A stretch of DNA of 63,510 nucleotides, the filler included, from Craspedostauros australis (taxonomy: Eukaryota): assembly GCA_030167865.1 (NCBI GenBank). It is 12 parts of 12 records of this genome, joined end to end, with 100 filler letters (N's around TTAATTAATTAA, not from the genome) between each part and the next. Parts side by side here need not be neighbours in the genome. Positions count along the whole stretch, not along the records: positions 32,007 to 33,842 come from JALAGF010003436.1; positions 33,943 to 37,670 come from JALAGF010003437.1; positions 37,771 to 42,259 come from JALAGF010003438.1; positions 42,360 to 50,671 come from JALAGF010003440.1; 8 more parts are not named here. One strand, given 5' to 3'. Every line of letters begins with the position of its first letter. Positions within the stretch are counted from its first letter, which is position 1. This document shows, in pieces, positions 32,787 to 43,636 of this stretch. The notes under the pieces were generated by a model. That model ran no database searches, was not told the DNA's origin, and worked only from the letters and a program-made list of their open reading frames with translations. Both the position numbers and the translations under genes were made by a program.

Positions 32787-33782
32787 TCACAATTCCTCAC
32801 TGTACTTATTATTCACGGTGGTCATGTCGAGTTGCATGCCACCCACCACTATCGCGATGTCTGGTACAAGCGCGAGCAATCGTCTCATCGCCCTTCGCTT
32901 CGCAATGGCAATGCTGCCTGCATTCGTTGCGTCGTTTGCCCCACCATCGCCATCACCATTGTTGGTATCAAACCCAGTTTCTCCATGACGCCGCAACAAG
33001 TTGCATACGAGTTGGAAGAAGTAGCGCTCCATGAACGTGGCGACTGCTGGTCCCGTGTAGATCTTCTCTGCTTCCATGAAGATGCCGTCAGAACACAGCC
33101 TCATCATGTCGCCACCGGTCCAATTGATGTCGCGCAGTGTGATCCTGTCGTTGGAATTGATGCCAAGCGCGTTTGCAGCGTGGCTCGAGTGTCGTCCGTA
33201 CGGAAAGATATCCAAGTTTATCCGTCGGTAGCCGCCGTCGGCGCATTGCAGGCACTCATCTAGCTCTTGCTGCGTTGCTAGCATCCCCCATGGCTTGTTG
33301 CGGCCTGTGCTGTTGCTTTGGCCACCCACGATAACACCAGCTCCTTCGAATCTGACACCTTGCACAACCTTGGTCGTCGTCGTCGTTGACTTCATCTTCT
33401 TCGGAACAAAGTAACCCTGCACCCATGATGGATTGGGACCAAGCAGGCAGAAGATTGCCCTGCCTGACTTCGTCGCCTCGTTTGCTGCGCTATCACCATC
33501 GTGCATGTCAGAAGCAATAGTATCATTGGCGACTGCGTCTTGATTGGCTTTGGTGGTTGTTCGGAATCGAGGGTACGGCTTTGTCGGAATACCCATGGTT
33601 GCCGTACCCCCCAATATTATTTGTCACACCTTTGAATACCATGTCATTACGACCATGATTAAGGACACGAACGTGATTGATATCAGTCCTACCACGAAGA
33701 GGGTAATCTGTCCTCTGGAAATATGGCTTCACACCAAATGCGGATCAGGAGGTCCTGATACCAAACCAACCATGGCAACCAT
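32787..33782 (-). pseudogene. Probable pseudogene of a type II membrane protein with in-frame TGA codons (also assembled at 33943-34545 +)
   Basis: One frame from ATG 33782: MVAMVGLVSGPPDPHLV*SHISRGQITLFVVGLISITFVSLIMVVMTWYSKV*QIILGG...SEEL*AYSP. TGAs at 33731, 33626 and 32789. The hydrophobic anchor lies between the first two stops. Confidence 0.55.
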
Positions 33783-34654
33783 GCAGACAGCAACGTCAGT
33801 CAGAACAAACAGCAGGACAATGGGCAAGTGACGCACCCCCTCNNNNNNNNNNNNNNNNNNNNNNNNNNNNNNNNNNNNNNNNNNNNTTAATTAATTAANN
33901 NNNNNNNNNNNNNNNNNNNNNNNNNNNNNNNNNNNNNNNNNNTCAACGACGACGACGACCAAGGTTGTGCAAGGTGTCAGATTCGAAGGAGCTGGTGTTA
34001 TCGTGGGTGGCCAAAGCAACAGCACAGGCCGCAACAAGCCATGGGGGATGCTAGCAACGCAGCAAGAGCTAGATGAGTGCCTGCAATGCGCCGACGGCGG
34101 CTACCGACGGATAAACTTGGATATCTTTCCGTACGGACGACACTCGAGCCACGCTGCAAACGCGCTTGGCATCAATTCCAACGACAGGATCACACTGCGC
34201 GACATCAATTGGACCGGTGGCGACATGATGAGGCTGTGTTCTGACGGCATCTTCATGGAAGCAGAGAAGATCTACACGGGACCAGCAGTCGCCACGTTCA
34301 TGGAGCGCTACTTCTTCCAACTCGTATGCAACTTGTTGCGGCGTCATGGAGAAACTGGGTTTGATACCAACAATGGTGATGGCGATGGTGGGGCAAACGA
34401 CGCAACGAATGCAGGCAGCATTGCCATTGCGAAGCGAAGGGCGATGAGACGATTGCTCGCGCTTGTACCAGACATCGCGATAGTGGTGGGTGGCATGCAA
34501 CTCGACATGACCACCGTGAATAATAAGTACAGTGAGGAATTGTGAGCATACTCACCTTCGCTCCAGCAACATGTTGGACGTACTCGTAAGTTTGGTACAT
34601 TCCGCAACACCCTCGAAAGCTGCTTCTCCATACACACGCAGCTTACGCTAACGG

Positions 34655-35616
34655 GCTAGTGCCTCAAAGAGCCAGACCCAAAAAAATTAGCGATGTTTGG
34701 CTACAGTTGGCTACAGATTTTGGACCCGTTTGTCCCAACCTCAGACTTGATTTTGTAAACACTCAATCGAATATCTCTGTACACATACGTAAACTTGAGC
34801 CAGGGCTATCCAGGCAAGTAACAACATTCTAATGTTGTTACGACTATCTCGTCGATCTTGATGTGTTTGTTGACCCCCTTGGTGTGGTTTTGCCTTCGGA
34901 CGACGGACGGACCGGGTTTTGTTTGGCTACAGTTAGCTACAAGTAGGATTCTACAGGAGTCCGGTAGGATCCTGCCTCTTTTTTGAGAAATTCGACTCTC
35001 CATCTTTGAAGTCTCCGGACTTAGCGGTCTTTGGCTCAATCTGCACAATAGATATCATTTCAGAATCATCTCTCTGAGGCGGTCACAGCCATGTGGTTTA
35101 TTATGTTTGAGTGCGATGGTATGGAGATATGCTTGCGTTTAGTGCTCCCTTGGAGGTCGGAATGATATTTGATCACTCCGATCCCCAGTTTCGGTGGCAA
35201 GTTTGGAGAAGTCTGGTACCAATGATTGCGTCATCATGACGTCAGCGATGATTGGACCACTTCTTTGGATCAACCAGAACAAGAAAACATACCAACAAGA
35301 AGCCAAAAACGTCCGTGAATGATGGTGGTGCTTGATGAATGGCATCAGTTCTCACCGAGAAAGAGAGAAACAGCCACCAAACTTCAGTATGGTATATATA
35401 AATGTCATATAATGATACAGTTACAAGATGAGTTCAGGAAAACCCACACGAGCTGATTGAGGAGAGTTGGACTATGGTTGATCCTATTGTTGGCCTGTTT
35501 TTGCTCGTGACTTAAGTAGGAAATGCACTACATTCTACAGAGCAGTTTTTTGTGATCCAAACATATCCAAAAATCGCCAAATTGTTTGGCTACAGGTGGC
35601 TCTTGAAGGCACTAGC
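34655..35616. mobile_element. Non-autonomous DNA transposon (MITE-like), 962 bp
   Basis: Inverted termini GCTAGTGCCTCAAAGAGCCA (34655-34674) and TGGCTCTTGAAGGCACTAGC (35597-35616) match at 18/20. GTTTGGCTACAG recurs at 34695, 34921 and 35584. The interior is AT-richer and has no credible ORF. Confidence 0.65.
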
Positions 35617-35830
35617 TTTCTGTGTCCGCCATTGGGCTCGATTATTGCACTGCAAGATGACATGATAGGTACCTTGGTGTACAAATCATTAAAATTGCAA
35701 GCATGTTATTTACCGCGTGCTTGGAGACTTGTGACTATTGATACTCTATGCTCGTCCTTCAGTACAGCCGTTCGGTATGATTGCTTGAATTGCCATCATG
35801 GACTTCCAGTGATGGATCGTGTCGATCCCT

Positions 35831-37670
35831 TCATGACGAGGCCGAAAGGAGTTGAGATCCGAACTGAAGGAGCGTTGTCACAATGGAATGTAATCGGACC
35901 ACACGGAAAGATTGTCCATGATCAAATACAAGTTGAAGGAAACACAGTCCCAAATCAATCAATCAATCAATCAATCAGCCGAATGCAAGGAGAAAGAAGA
36001 AGGGCCACATAGATGATAGGAGTGCGTGAGATTCATGAATGTTCGTGCATCGCAACTGATCGCATCACATTGGCATCACATTGGCATCACATTGGCATCA
36101 CATTGGCATCACATTGGCATCACATTGGCATCACATTGGCATCACATTGGCGAGTGTTGATTCAAGAATCTTGAAGGCAGTAAAGGCAGCTGCAAACGAG
36201 TACACAACAGTGATGCGGCTACTCCACGCATGTTGGTATTGGACCATCCATCCACATTTCTCTCGCACTTACCCTCCGTTCCACGGACATGACCGAACGA
36301 ATCTGGCGCAGATTATCCATCAGGCCCTGCAAATGCTCCAATCCTTCCACCTTGACGAGGAATACCAAGATGGCATGCTCATCCGTCGTTTGGCTGCCCG
36401 TCATCATGATGCTGGACAGCTCTGAAACGACCTCGGAGCAATCCGCAAGCAGCAGCTTTCGATCCTGCGCGTGAACGACGATCTCGCAGACGAAGTGGGT
36501 CTTGCGGTCGTCGCCAGTGAAGTTGACGTCGGACCATTTCAATTTGACCGGGATTTCGTTCTCCTTGTGGTTATAACTGTTGTGCTTCGCGCTGCTGCTG
36601 CTGCGCAATGCTTCCGTGCGTCCAAGATGGCCAAACTCGAACAGGCCGGCAGCGGGCCTCTTGTTTTCGGACAGCGCGCGGTTGATGGCGAGCTGGGCAT
36701 GCGGACAACCCAATCGATGGACCTTGGGCGTGGAATCGGGCTTGTGCTCTGGTCGTGTGCCAACTATCTCGTCTCCCAGGACGGGCAGGCAGCTTTCGCA
36801 GAGATGTTCCGGATCCGCGTACTCCACGATGTCATCTGGAATGACGCTGGCTGGTCTCTTGTTTTGGATTGGCAAGGGACTTGACGATGCCTTTGGCCAA
36901 CCATTGGTTTGTCCATCGTGCGAATCGTTTGTAGAGTCATTGTGAGCCTGTCCGTTGTGATTTGCTGCGCTGTCATCATGACGGTTGCTGTTCGGGTCGT
37001 GGTCGCCATTGTCGCCGTGGGCGGTGGCGTATTCGTGGTGGTAGTGATAGTGACAATCCAGATCGCTGGTATGTGCGGCATCGTCATCATCACCCGCATC
37101 CGGATCGACATCCCCAATACCGTCACCGTCGAAAGCAGCCTCCAACAGCTTGGAATTCTGCTCGGCCGCGGCCGCTCTCGCCGCATCGCGCGCACGGCGC
37201 TGGCTCTTGTGCACGGCGTCGAGGATGCTGCTGGGGATGAATTCCTTGCGGTTCTTTTCTGCATTGAGGAGGACCTTGAGGGGCACCTTGAAGAGCTTGG
37301 AGACGAAGGAGTGCAGGAGAGATCGATCGTTCTGCTTGCCGATCTTGATGAAGAGGTCGTCAATGTTGTCCCACTGCGTGTTTCCGGGCAGCAGAACCGC
37401 CAGCTCTTCCACCGTGATGGGGATCGTGAAGGACTCCTCCAGGTAGGACTCCTTCTCGATGAGAGGACCGTGCATCCAGAGGTGATCCATGATGAGGATC
37501 TTGCCTGCCTCGTGGAGACTCTCTCGTTGCTTGGCCCCGGAAGTAGGCGCGCAGCTTGGAACGCGTGGATCGGCTCTTGGCATACTGCATCCAGGACGTG
37601 CTGGGCTTGCCCCCGCCCGTGAGGATGGAGACGACGTCGCCATTCTGGAGCTGGTACGAGACGGGGACTG
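35831..37670 (-). CDS. RSH: Long RelA/SpoT homolog ((p)ppGpp synthetase/hydrolase), C-terminal regulatory half (TGS end, helical, Cys-rich, ACT); exons 37670-36273 and 35863-35831; frameshift at 37535-37538
   Basis: VPVSYQLQNGDVVSILT (TGS end), KPSTSWMQYAKSRSTRSKLRAYFR, CESCLPVLGDEIVG...HRLGCP, and an ACT domain (AQDRKLLLADCSEVV...VMSVERR). A GTAAGT...CAG intron leads to FGSQLLSASS*. Confidence 0.88.
36063..36150 (+). repeat. Eight perfect 11-bp tandem units CATCACATTGG in the last RSH intron
   Basis: Read directly from the sequence. Confidence 0.95.
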
Positions 37671-37770
37671 NNNNNNNNNNNNNNNNNNNNNNNNNNNNNN
37701 NNNNNNNNNNNNNNTTAATTAATTAANNNNNNNNNNNNNNNNNNNNNNNNNNNNNNNNNNNNNNNNNNNN

Positions 37771-39717
37771 CGAAACCTCGTGGTCGGCGAGCACGCTCTG
37801 CACATGTCGGCAATGGCACCCGCCGCGATGTACCTCCAACTGGCGAACACATCGCTTCGGAAGTTGCGGGGCGACCCGTGGCAGAACGACTACGATCTGA
37901 CCTTGCGGCTGCTCCGTGCTCGATGTGACGTTGAGCTCGCGCTGAACCGATATGACCTTGGCTACTCCTTGAGCGATGAGCTACTGGAGCATGCACGGTC
38001 GCTGGATGACAAGCTCCCGACATACGCAGCAGTGGCGAATGCTCTCGGAAAGCAGAACGACCCCAAAAGGAGCTTGGAGCTGAATCAACGCTGCGCGTCG
38101 TTGTGTGGGGCACACCCCAAGCGCGCCTACGCCTTCCACATTGCACTGGGGTTGGTATCTGCACGAGTCTACTTTCGACGCACGAGTGATGAAGACTTCT
38201 TTCGGCAGAATCCCGTGACCACGTCCCCACGGGTAATTCTATCGATGGTGTTTTTGCGGCAAGCCACTATTCGTGGATTCGAATGCAACGATGCGACAGC
38301 ATGGATCCTTGCAACGGTGAAGATGGTCCATATCACAAGACAGCACGGAATTTGCGAAGAGACTTCCACTGCTCTCACCTGCTTTGCTTTGCTCCATCAA
38401 GTTCTCGGTGACACCGAAAATGCACGAAGGTACACAGAGCTGGCAAAAGAAGTCCTTCGCAGGATAGGTGGAGACAAAAAGAGGGAAGGCTGGACGCACT
38501 ATATCGCCACAACGCACGTCGACGCTTACTTCAAGCCATCCCAGGAGGTGGCACAAGCATTTCACTTTGCTCATGAGGCAGCCATGAGGGTAGGAGACTT
38601 CGAGCTTGGTTTTTTATCCTGGCATGGTTTCTTGGTGAATGCATTCTTTGGAGGATATCCACTTGACGCGCTGGCTTCAGCTGCAGCCTCATTGTTGGAA
38701 CAAATGAAGCGATACAAAATTGCCGCGCACAGAGGTATGATCGTTGAAGTTAGCAAAGCGTACGGATACATGAGCGGCACCCTTCCTCTGGATTGGGAGG
38801 AGCTGATGGATCTCGACAAATGTGACGACTTGGAACCATATGCTCGCATTGCCACATATTGGACAAGACTCCACGCTATGGTATTCTTTGGCAAGTATGA
38901 ATGCGCAGAAAGAGTCTACACTTTGTGGAAAAAGTACGGCATGGATCAGCCCAGCTATGATTTGGCAACAGCAACACCAGTACTGAGTGGTATGCTGGCT
39001 TCGAACCGATACAGACAAACGAAAAAGACAAGATACCTCAGGATACTTTCACAGAACAAGCGAAAGCTCAAACACATTTGCAAAACCAAAGGCAACAGCG
39101 CATATCATCGGTACTTGATTCTTCGGGCAGAGACGAAATCAATCAGGGTGGGAACGGCTGACCACCATGCTGTTGCATCATGCTACGATGAGGCCATCGC
39201 CCGGGCCGACGCTGAGAACAACCTTCAGGAGGCAGGGTATGCGTGTGAACTTGCGGGCAACCACTTTCTGGGAGTAGGCAGCGACTCCCAAGAGAATCAC
39301 GACGCATATATTCGTCAATACTTCACGAAGGCGTTGGGCTTCTACGAGTCCTGTTGCGCGACAGCCAAGTGCACAGATGTCCGTGCAAGGCATGCAGCAT
39401 TGATCGATGAGGACGAGGTGCTCAAAGCCAAGCAAAAGAGAAGCGCTGTCGGCCAAGCGAGGACCATGTCATTCGGGGATCACGCTGGGCAGCACTCGAG
39501 TGCAAGTGGCGACCTTGCATCGGTGAGTACTCCGATGAGTCGGAATACGATGTCTCATACTCTCTCGCACATGGTGTCAGGAGCAGCTACCAACAAGTCC
39601 TTGGCTGTGAGAGAATCGATGATGGGCGAACATGGAAGCGGCGACAGGAGTAGAGCTGAGGGCGCAGACTCAAGTATCGCTGACGACAACTTGTCGATCT
39701 TGACTGATATGAGCTAG
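37771..39717 (+). CDS. C-terminal TPR-like part of a COG3899-like STAND protein; 5' end truncated
   Basis: Helical region collinear with the C-terminal half of 26468-30392 (e.g. AMRVGDFE, YDEAI, ACELAG). It ends in a low-complexity tail and a stop. Confidence 0.75.
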   Translation, partial: RNLVVGEHALHMSAMAPAAMYLQLANTSLRKLRGDPWQNDYDLTLRLLRARCDVELALNRYDLGYSLSDELLEHARSLDDKLPTYAAVANALGKQNDPKRSLELNQRCASLCGAHPKRAYAFHIALGLVSARVYFRRTSDEDFFRQNPVTTSPRVILSMVFLRQATIRGFECNDATAWILATVKMVHITRQHGICEETSTALTCFALLHQVLGDTENARRYTELAKEVLRRIGGDKKREGWTHYIATTHVDAYFKPSQEVAQAFHFAHEAAMRVGDFELGFLSWHGFLVNAFFGGYPLDALASAAASLLEQMKRYKIAAHRGMIVEVSKAYGYMSGTLPLDWEELMDLDKCDDLEPYARIATYWTRLHAMVFFGKYECAERVYTLWKKYGMDQPSYDLATATPVLSGMLASNRYRQTKKTRYLRILSQNKRKLKHICKTKGNSAYHRYLILRAETKSIRVGTADHHAVASCYDEAIARADAENNLQEAGYACELAGNHFLGVGSDSQENHDAYIRQYFTKALGFYESCCATAKCTDVRARHAALIDEDEVLKAKQKRSAVGQARTMSFGDHAGQHSSASGDLASVSTPMSRNTMSHTLSHMVSGAATNKSLAVRESMMGEHGSGDRSRAEGADSSIADDNLSILTDMS

Positions 39718-40787
39718 GACAGTAGTTACGTATGCAACAGTGGCGACGATGGAGTGATGCCAACTTGATTTAGGTTTGAAGCATCGCGTCGTGGTGATGG
39801 TAGATGAAGAGTCGGAATGCTGCAACTTGACACGCCACCCAACTTCCCCTGATGATTTGTTGTTGTCGTCTGCCGAAGCAGCATACTAGTACGACAGGGA
39901 TGACCCCATCCGTCAAGGTCATCCGAAGGCGGAGTGAATTGCCGGCCTTCTTCATCCGCGAACTTTTCATTTTTGGTGGACTCAGAGATAGGTTCGTACT
40001 CAAAGAAGACCTTGGGGGGTCATTCGACCTCATGCGGGCAGTAAATCAGTCCTTGTGCTCGACATCTTCCTGCATGCATGCGCTCGTGTGCACTGCGTAT
40101 GTTGGTCTGATTTGGTGACGAAGACGCTCTCCGGTGCATGAGACAGCACCTGTTATACATCATTCTCATGGTCAACCAACAGCCGCCCATATTATTGTTG
40201 TATCAACACTCGTGAACCTGCTGACGATTGCATGACTCTGCTGCTGGCATCGTTTGCAATACTGTTCAACCCTCAGCTTTCGGCTTTCTGTCTTTGTTTG
40301 GTTGTTGTTGTGACATCTATTTCTTTTGCCGCGGTCAGGGGAACAAGCCTCATCCGCAGGCATCGCTGCTCGTGCTTCGAATGGGAGGGTTCTCCTCAAA
40401 CATTGTTGTGCGTCTTGGTGTTCTGCGTTGTTCCGATTGATTGTGCTTCGTTGTTGTCCGCCGTCCTGCAGAATAGCGAAGAATACGACGTCATTTGTCA
40501 TAGGCGAATCAACAAGCAATACGAAGAGCGATTGTGATATTCACTTGAAGTGACGGATAACGAAACGTCTTTTCCAGTCACAGAACTGCGCAACGTTTGT
40601 TTGGTGCCGACACTTCGGACGGCCGTTTGGTCTCCGAGAACGACACAGTCACATTATTGTGCTGCGAGTTCCACATCCGCAAACACGGACATCATCGACA
40701 TCGTGAGTTCTCCCTCTCAGCGGTGTTGATGCCAATACCGACAACACTCATCGCCACACGAAAAACAACAGGCAGAACGACATCACC

Positions 40788-40836
40788 ATGAGCAGCACCA
40801 TGAGGAGCAGCATCAACGGCAACAGCAACGGCAACA

Positions 40837-40925
<89 letters not shown>

Positions 40926-42259
40926 AGCAATACGAAGGGCTTGGAAACGAATGGGGATGACAAGACAGTATCGACGCCTGTGTTGAAACCAACGTCGCCG
41001 TATATGTCGACCATGGCAACAGGCACCGCCGTTTCCAACGCCTCCGGCAAATCTGTTCGTTCCGCGCACTCCAAAGTGTCGGCACAGAAGGATTCAAAAT
41101 GGTCCGATTTGTTACCATCATCGCCAACATCGACCAGAGCGTCGTCCAGCAGACCATCGTCGGTGCTTCATGACACCGTCCTCACCTCCAGCAACGACTT
41201 CTACGATGACGGATACAACGAGGTCGAGCTGGACACGGAAGTTCCACACACTCTGTTTGATGACAGCGGTGCAGTGATGTTCGGTCGTGACAAAGAACTC
41301 GAAACACTGCGCGCCGCCTTTGATCAGATGGCAGTGGCTGGAAAGGCAGCCAGAAGAGACAGAAAAGCCAAGACCACAGCATCGGAGGAGTCGACGCCTG
41401 AACCAGCGCCCACTGGAAAAACATTGCTGCCAGCTGTGTTCGTGTGGGGCATCAGCGGCACAGGAAAGTCCAAGCTGGTCGATACCTTCTGCAATCAGTT
41501 GCGTGACGATCTCGAGAAGGAGAACAGGAGGATGCACAGAAAGAAAAAGAGCACGAAGGTCATCGCGCATCGTGATGTGCACATCCTGAAGGGCAAGTTC
41601 GAAGAGCATCAACAGGGCGATCCCTTCTCTGCCATCACCCAGGCGATCTCGAACTGGTGCAAGCAATTGGCTTCTGACAACAAGCCCTCAGGAGCGACTG
41701 CGCAAGACTCAATTCCAACACCACCGACGTCGACATCATTGCAGTTACTGCCAAACGGTTCCAACCACGTCGATGCGAAGAAGAACGAAGAAGGGACCAA
41801 GGAGAGCACAACCATAGTCAACCCTCTCCTGCAACAACTTCGAACCAACATCAAGTCCAGCCTCCTCACGTCCCAACAAAGAAGCCTACTCCTCACCTTC
41901 GTGCCGGCATTGTCCATCCTCTTCAGCGATGGTGACAGTGACAACGCTTCCCCAACCTCGCAACAAGCCAATTTCAGCCCCGGTGCACAATCCAAGGCGC
42001 CGCAGGTTTCATCCACGAATACATCATGGAATCGATTCCAATACACTTTCACACAGTTCTTGGGCGCTGTGTCATCGAAGAATTGTCCTGTCGTGATGGT
42101 GCTGGATGACTTGCAATGGGCATCCCAAGAGTGCATGGAGCTGATGTCGTCAATTGTACATCGCTCGCACTTTTTGTGGATCGGGACCATCCGGCAGGAA
42201 GTCAATCCTCATTCACCTGATGAGGTCCTGGAATTAGGAGGCAATGTGCCTTTTCGCAT
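40788..42259 (+). CDS. N-terminal part of a COG3899-like STAND ATPase with an (NG)n leader; 3' end truncated
   Basis: MFGRDKELETL, Walker A GISGTGKS, GKFEE...PFSAI, Walker B VMVLDDLQWA, WIGTIR. Confidence 0.85.
40815..40931 (+). repeat. Coding hexanucleotide repeat (AACGGC)n encoding poly(Asn-Gly)
   Basis: About 19 units, a few of them AACAGC. Confidence 0.95.
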
Positions 42260-42359
42260 NNNNNNNNNNNNNNNNNNNNNNNNNNNNNNNNNNNNNNNNN
42301 NNNTTAATTAATTAANNNNNNNNNNNNNNNNNNNNNNNNNNNNNNNNNNNNNNNNNNNN

Positions 42360-43636
42360 TTCTTCAACAACGAAGTCTTCAGATCCGCCATACGCACGGG
42401 CTTCTTCAGGCAATCGTTCATGCCAATGTGACCCCAGTCGATGGATTGGATGCTCGCCGTCAGTCCCACGATCGGCAGATCACGTTCGCTCAATCCCCGT
42501 GTCCGGATCTCCTTCGTCGCATCGATGCCATCCATCACGGGCATCTGCCAGTCCATCAGCACGATGTCGAACGGAGGTCTCTCCACGCCGCCATTGGCAC
42601 CACTCGTACCATCGTTGGCGTCGGTGTTGGTGTTGTTGCCATCGAGCATGGCAATGTCATCCACATCGGTTGTTCCGAATGCCTGGGCGACAGCTTGCTC
42701 GCCATTCTCGACGATCGTCACAACATGGCCAAGTCTCTTGAGCATGTTGCGGATGACCTTCTGGTTGATCTTGTTGTCCTCCGCCACCAGGATTCGCAGC
42801 TCGTCTGTCTTGGGTTTCTTCGGAGCTGGAGCTTGAGTTGGAGCTGAAGGTTGAGGTCGTGCCTGTGGGTCTGCCGGTGGTCGTGACAAAGGTTGTGACA
42901 ATGCCTGTGGTTGGTCACTCTTCACGATGACACTATTGCTCACACCCTTCCTCGTTCCATTCCCATCTTCCCTGTCCCTATCCGTATCCCCACCTTGATC
43001 GTCATCACCGTCGTCATCGGTGTATCTTCTTGATGCTGATCCTTGTTTCGGGACTTGTATGATCGTATGAGGATGACCAATCTGATCTGCGGATACGACC
43101 ACATTCCGCACATCATGATCATCATCCAAATGGACACCTTGAGATGGATCACGATCCGCACCATCCACATCATCCTGAGCAACAACAGCATCATCGTCAC
43201 CATCGCCATTATCAATGACGTCGTCATGGATGGCATCATGGATGGCATCATGGATGACATCATCGAGACCATCCCCGACGACGCTTCCAACTGACATACC
43301 TGTTGCGGCACAACGAGTGTTCACATGCCGCTTGTATGGAATCTCGAACCAGAACGTGGTGCCCTCACCAGGCGCCGAATCCACACCGATCGCTCCTCCC
43401 ATACCCTTCACCAACGACTTGCAGATCGCCAGTCCCAGACCTGTGCCACCAAAGTTGCGTGCCACAGATGCATCGGCTTGCTGGTAGGCATTGAAGATGC
43501 GTTCGCATTGATCAGGAGTCATTCCGATTCCTGTGTCGGTGACGCTGAATCGCAGCACGACCTGTTCCCTGTTGGTTTGTGGCATGGCCTTGACTCCGTT
43601 CTTGCTCTTCTTCTTGCCTGTCTTGGTGTTGTTCTT
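42360..43636 (+). repeat. 1277-bp direct repeat at both ends of the contig (second copy 49395-50671; offset 7035)
   Basis: Matching sequence, and identical ORF translations at a constant offset. Confidence 0.92.

Noticed and set aside
32007..35325. Apparent 1.4-kb palindrome around the spacer at 33843
   Set aside because: Overlap between two contigs in opposite orientation, not a real hairpin.
36063..36150. 11-bp array (and the 20-bp array at 51491-51620) as possible CRISPR
   Set aside because: Head-to-tail repeats with no unique spacers, no cas genes, and a eukaryotic context.
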